From the NCBI GenBank assembly GCA_041486565.1, contig JBGPLS010000001.1, forward strand, positions 412 through 64,411: a stretch of 64,000 bases of DNA, written 5' to 3'. The DNA comes from Gemmatimonadaceae bacterium. GTDB taxonomy: Bacteria > Gemmatimonadota > Gemmatimonadetes > Gemmatimonadales > Gemmatimonadaceae. The notes under the pieces are model-generated. The model saw nothing but the letters and a program-made list of their open reading frames with translations, was not told the DNA's origin and made no database searches. Shown in pieces: positions 63,033 to 64,000 of this stretch (position 1 is the first letter of the stretch; each line of letters begins with the position of its first letter). A program made the position numbers and the translations under genes.

Positions 63033-64000
63033 ATGCGGATACTCACAAACGGGAGACTTGCTCCTCTCGGTTTCGTTCTTACTCTCGTCTTCTGTGCGCA
63101 GCCACGTACGGAACAGGTGACCATGGCGGCGATATCGTCAAGTGAGGTGAGAACCCCTCAAGATCCGACGACCATATATCACCAGATGGGACTGATTGCT
63201 ACTGGTAATCCTCTCCCCTTTGTTGGGAAGATCGCCTACTTCGCTACCCTGTCAATTGATACGACGATAATGCTGGCTAGTGCGTCGATCCCAAATCGAG
63301 CACTCAGTTTCGTACGCGATGGTGATGCATATCGAGCTCCATACGAGGTACATGTGGTGCTGTCCCAGGCGGGAGTGCAGGTGACGGCGGTTAATAGTAT
63401 GGAGATTGTCAGGGTTCCGACTTTCAAGGAAATCAATCGGACCGATGAAAGCGTAATTTTTCAGCATTATTTCCTCGTTCGACCGGGCGCTTACAATATC
63501 TCGTTTCAAGTGCGTGATGTCATCAGTGCGCGAAGTGCTGCCCAGGAAGGGCTGATCACGATTCCATCTCTGCGTGATGGCCAACTTTCGACTCCCTTGC
63601 TGGTTTATGAGGCAACTCGTAGAGATGCGCTGGACTCGATGCCGCGAATTCTTGCAAGTCCTCGATCCAGTGCTGTATTTGGGCAGGATAGTGCCGTAGC
63701 CGTGTATCTCGAGGGATATGGGAGGCAAGCACGTTTACCGGTAAGCTTCATTGTTCAGAATGATCGTGGCGCAGTTGTATGGCGGGATACGGTTGTCCTT
63801 CAGCAGCATGGTGGTCTTTTAAGCGGCTCTGTTAGTATTCCGATCTCGAGAGTCGGTATTGGCATTGCCAACGTGACTTTCACGAGAGCTGATGCGATGG
63901 ATACGGTGAGAACGCCGGTGTTTGTGAGCTTTGGAGATGATATTCCCCTCATCTCTTATGAAGAAATGCTTTTGGAGCTACGCTACTATGCAGCGCCGCA
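63033..64000 (+). CDS. Exported protein, probably GWxTD-domain family (partial, runs off the window)
   Basis: Hand-read open frame MRILTNGRLAPLGFVLTLVFC...EEMLLELRYYAAP; the GWxTD motif itself is not within the window. Confidence 0.65.
   Translation, partial: MRILTNGRLAPLGFVLTLVFCAQPRTEQVTMAAISSSEVRTPQDPTTIYHQMGLIATGNPLPFVGKIAYFATLSIDTTIMLASASIPNRALSFVRDGDAYRAPYEVHVVLSQAGVQVTAVNSMEIVRVPTFKEINRTDESVIFQHYFLVRPGAYNISFQVRDVISARSAAQEGLITIPSLRDGQLSTPLLVYEATRRDALDSMPRILASPRSSAVFGQDSAVAVYLEGYGRQARLPVSFIVQNDRGAVVWRDTVVLQQHGGLLSGSVSIPISRVGIGIANVTFTRADAMDTVRTPVFVSFGDDIPLISYEEMLLELRYYAAP

Noticed and set aside
63236-63728. Minus-strand ORFs of 66 and 158 aa
   Set aside because: Antisense to the long plus-strand frame starting at 63033, which the track omits because it has no stop in the window.

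Overview
Chromosomal window of a moderately GC-rich bacterium; gene content and order suggest Gemmatimonadota (inference). It spans the replication origin: mnmE-MBL-yidC-yidD-rnpA-rpmH | dnaA-oriC-dnaN, followed by rnpB. It carries about 55 CDSs, including a 2762-aa cyclic beta-1,2-glucan synthase, tkt, ada, lspA, a galK-nucleotidyltransferase-alpha-galactosidase-pfk operon, queF, ddl, cbs, mutS, holA, an ECF sigma/anti-sigma pair, four M16 peptidase subunits, upp and pyrE, plus tRNA-Phe(GAA) and RNase P RNA. I saw no transposase, integrase, prophage or CRISPR array. Most notable observations: (1) GC content falls steadily towards oriC, with a sharp strand-skew flip between dnaA and dnaN, intact DnaA-trios and eroded DnaA boxes; (2) rnpA has a full-length reading frame but no ATG/GTG/TTG start; (3) several sigma54-type promoters, one with complete UAS-IHF-(-24/-12) architecture in front of an ECF sigma factor; (4) a galactose operon with a GalU-like enzyme where galT would be expected; (5) QueF with a 14-residue active-site loop insertion; (6) three deletion-damaged genes; (7) an 11-bp tandem array in a divergent promoter region. 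All calls come from reading the sequence by eye; no database search was run.
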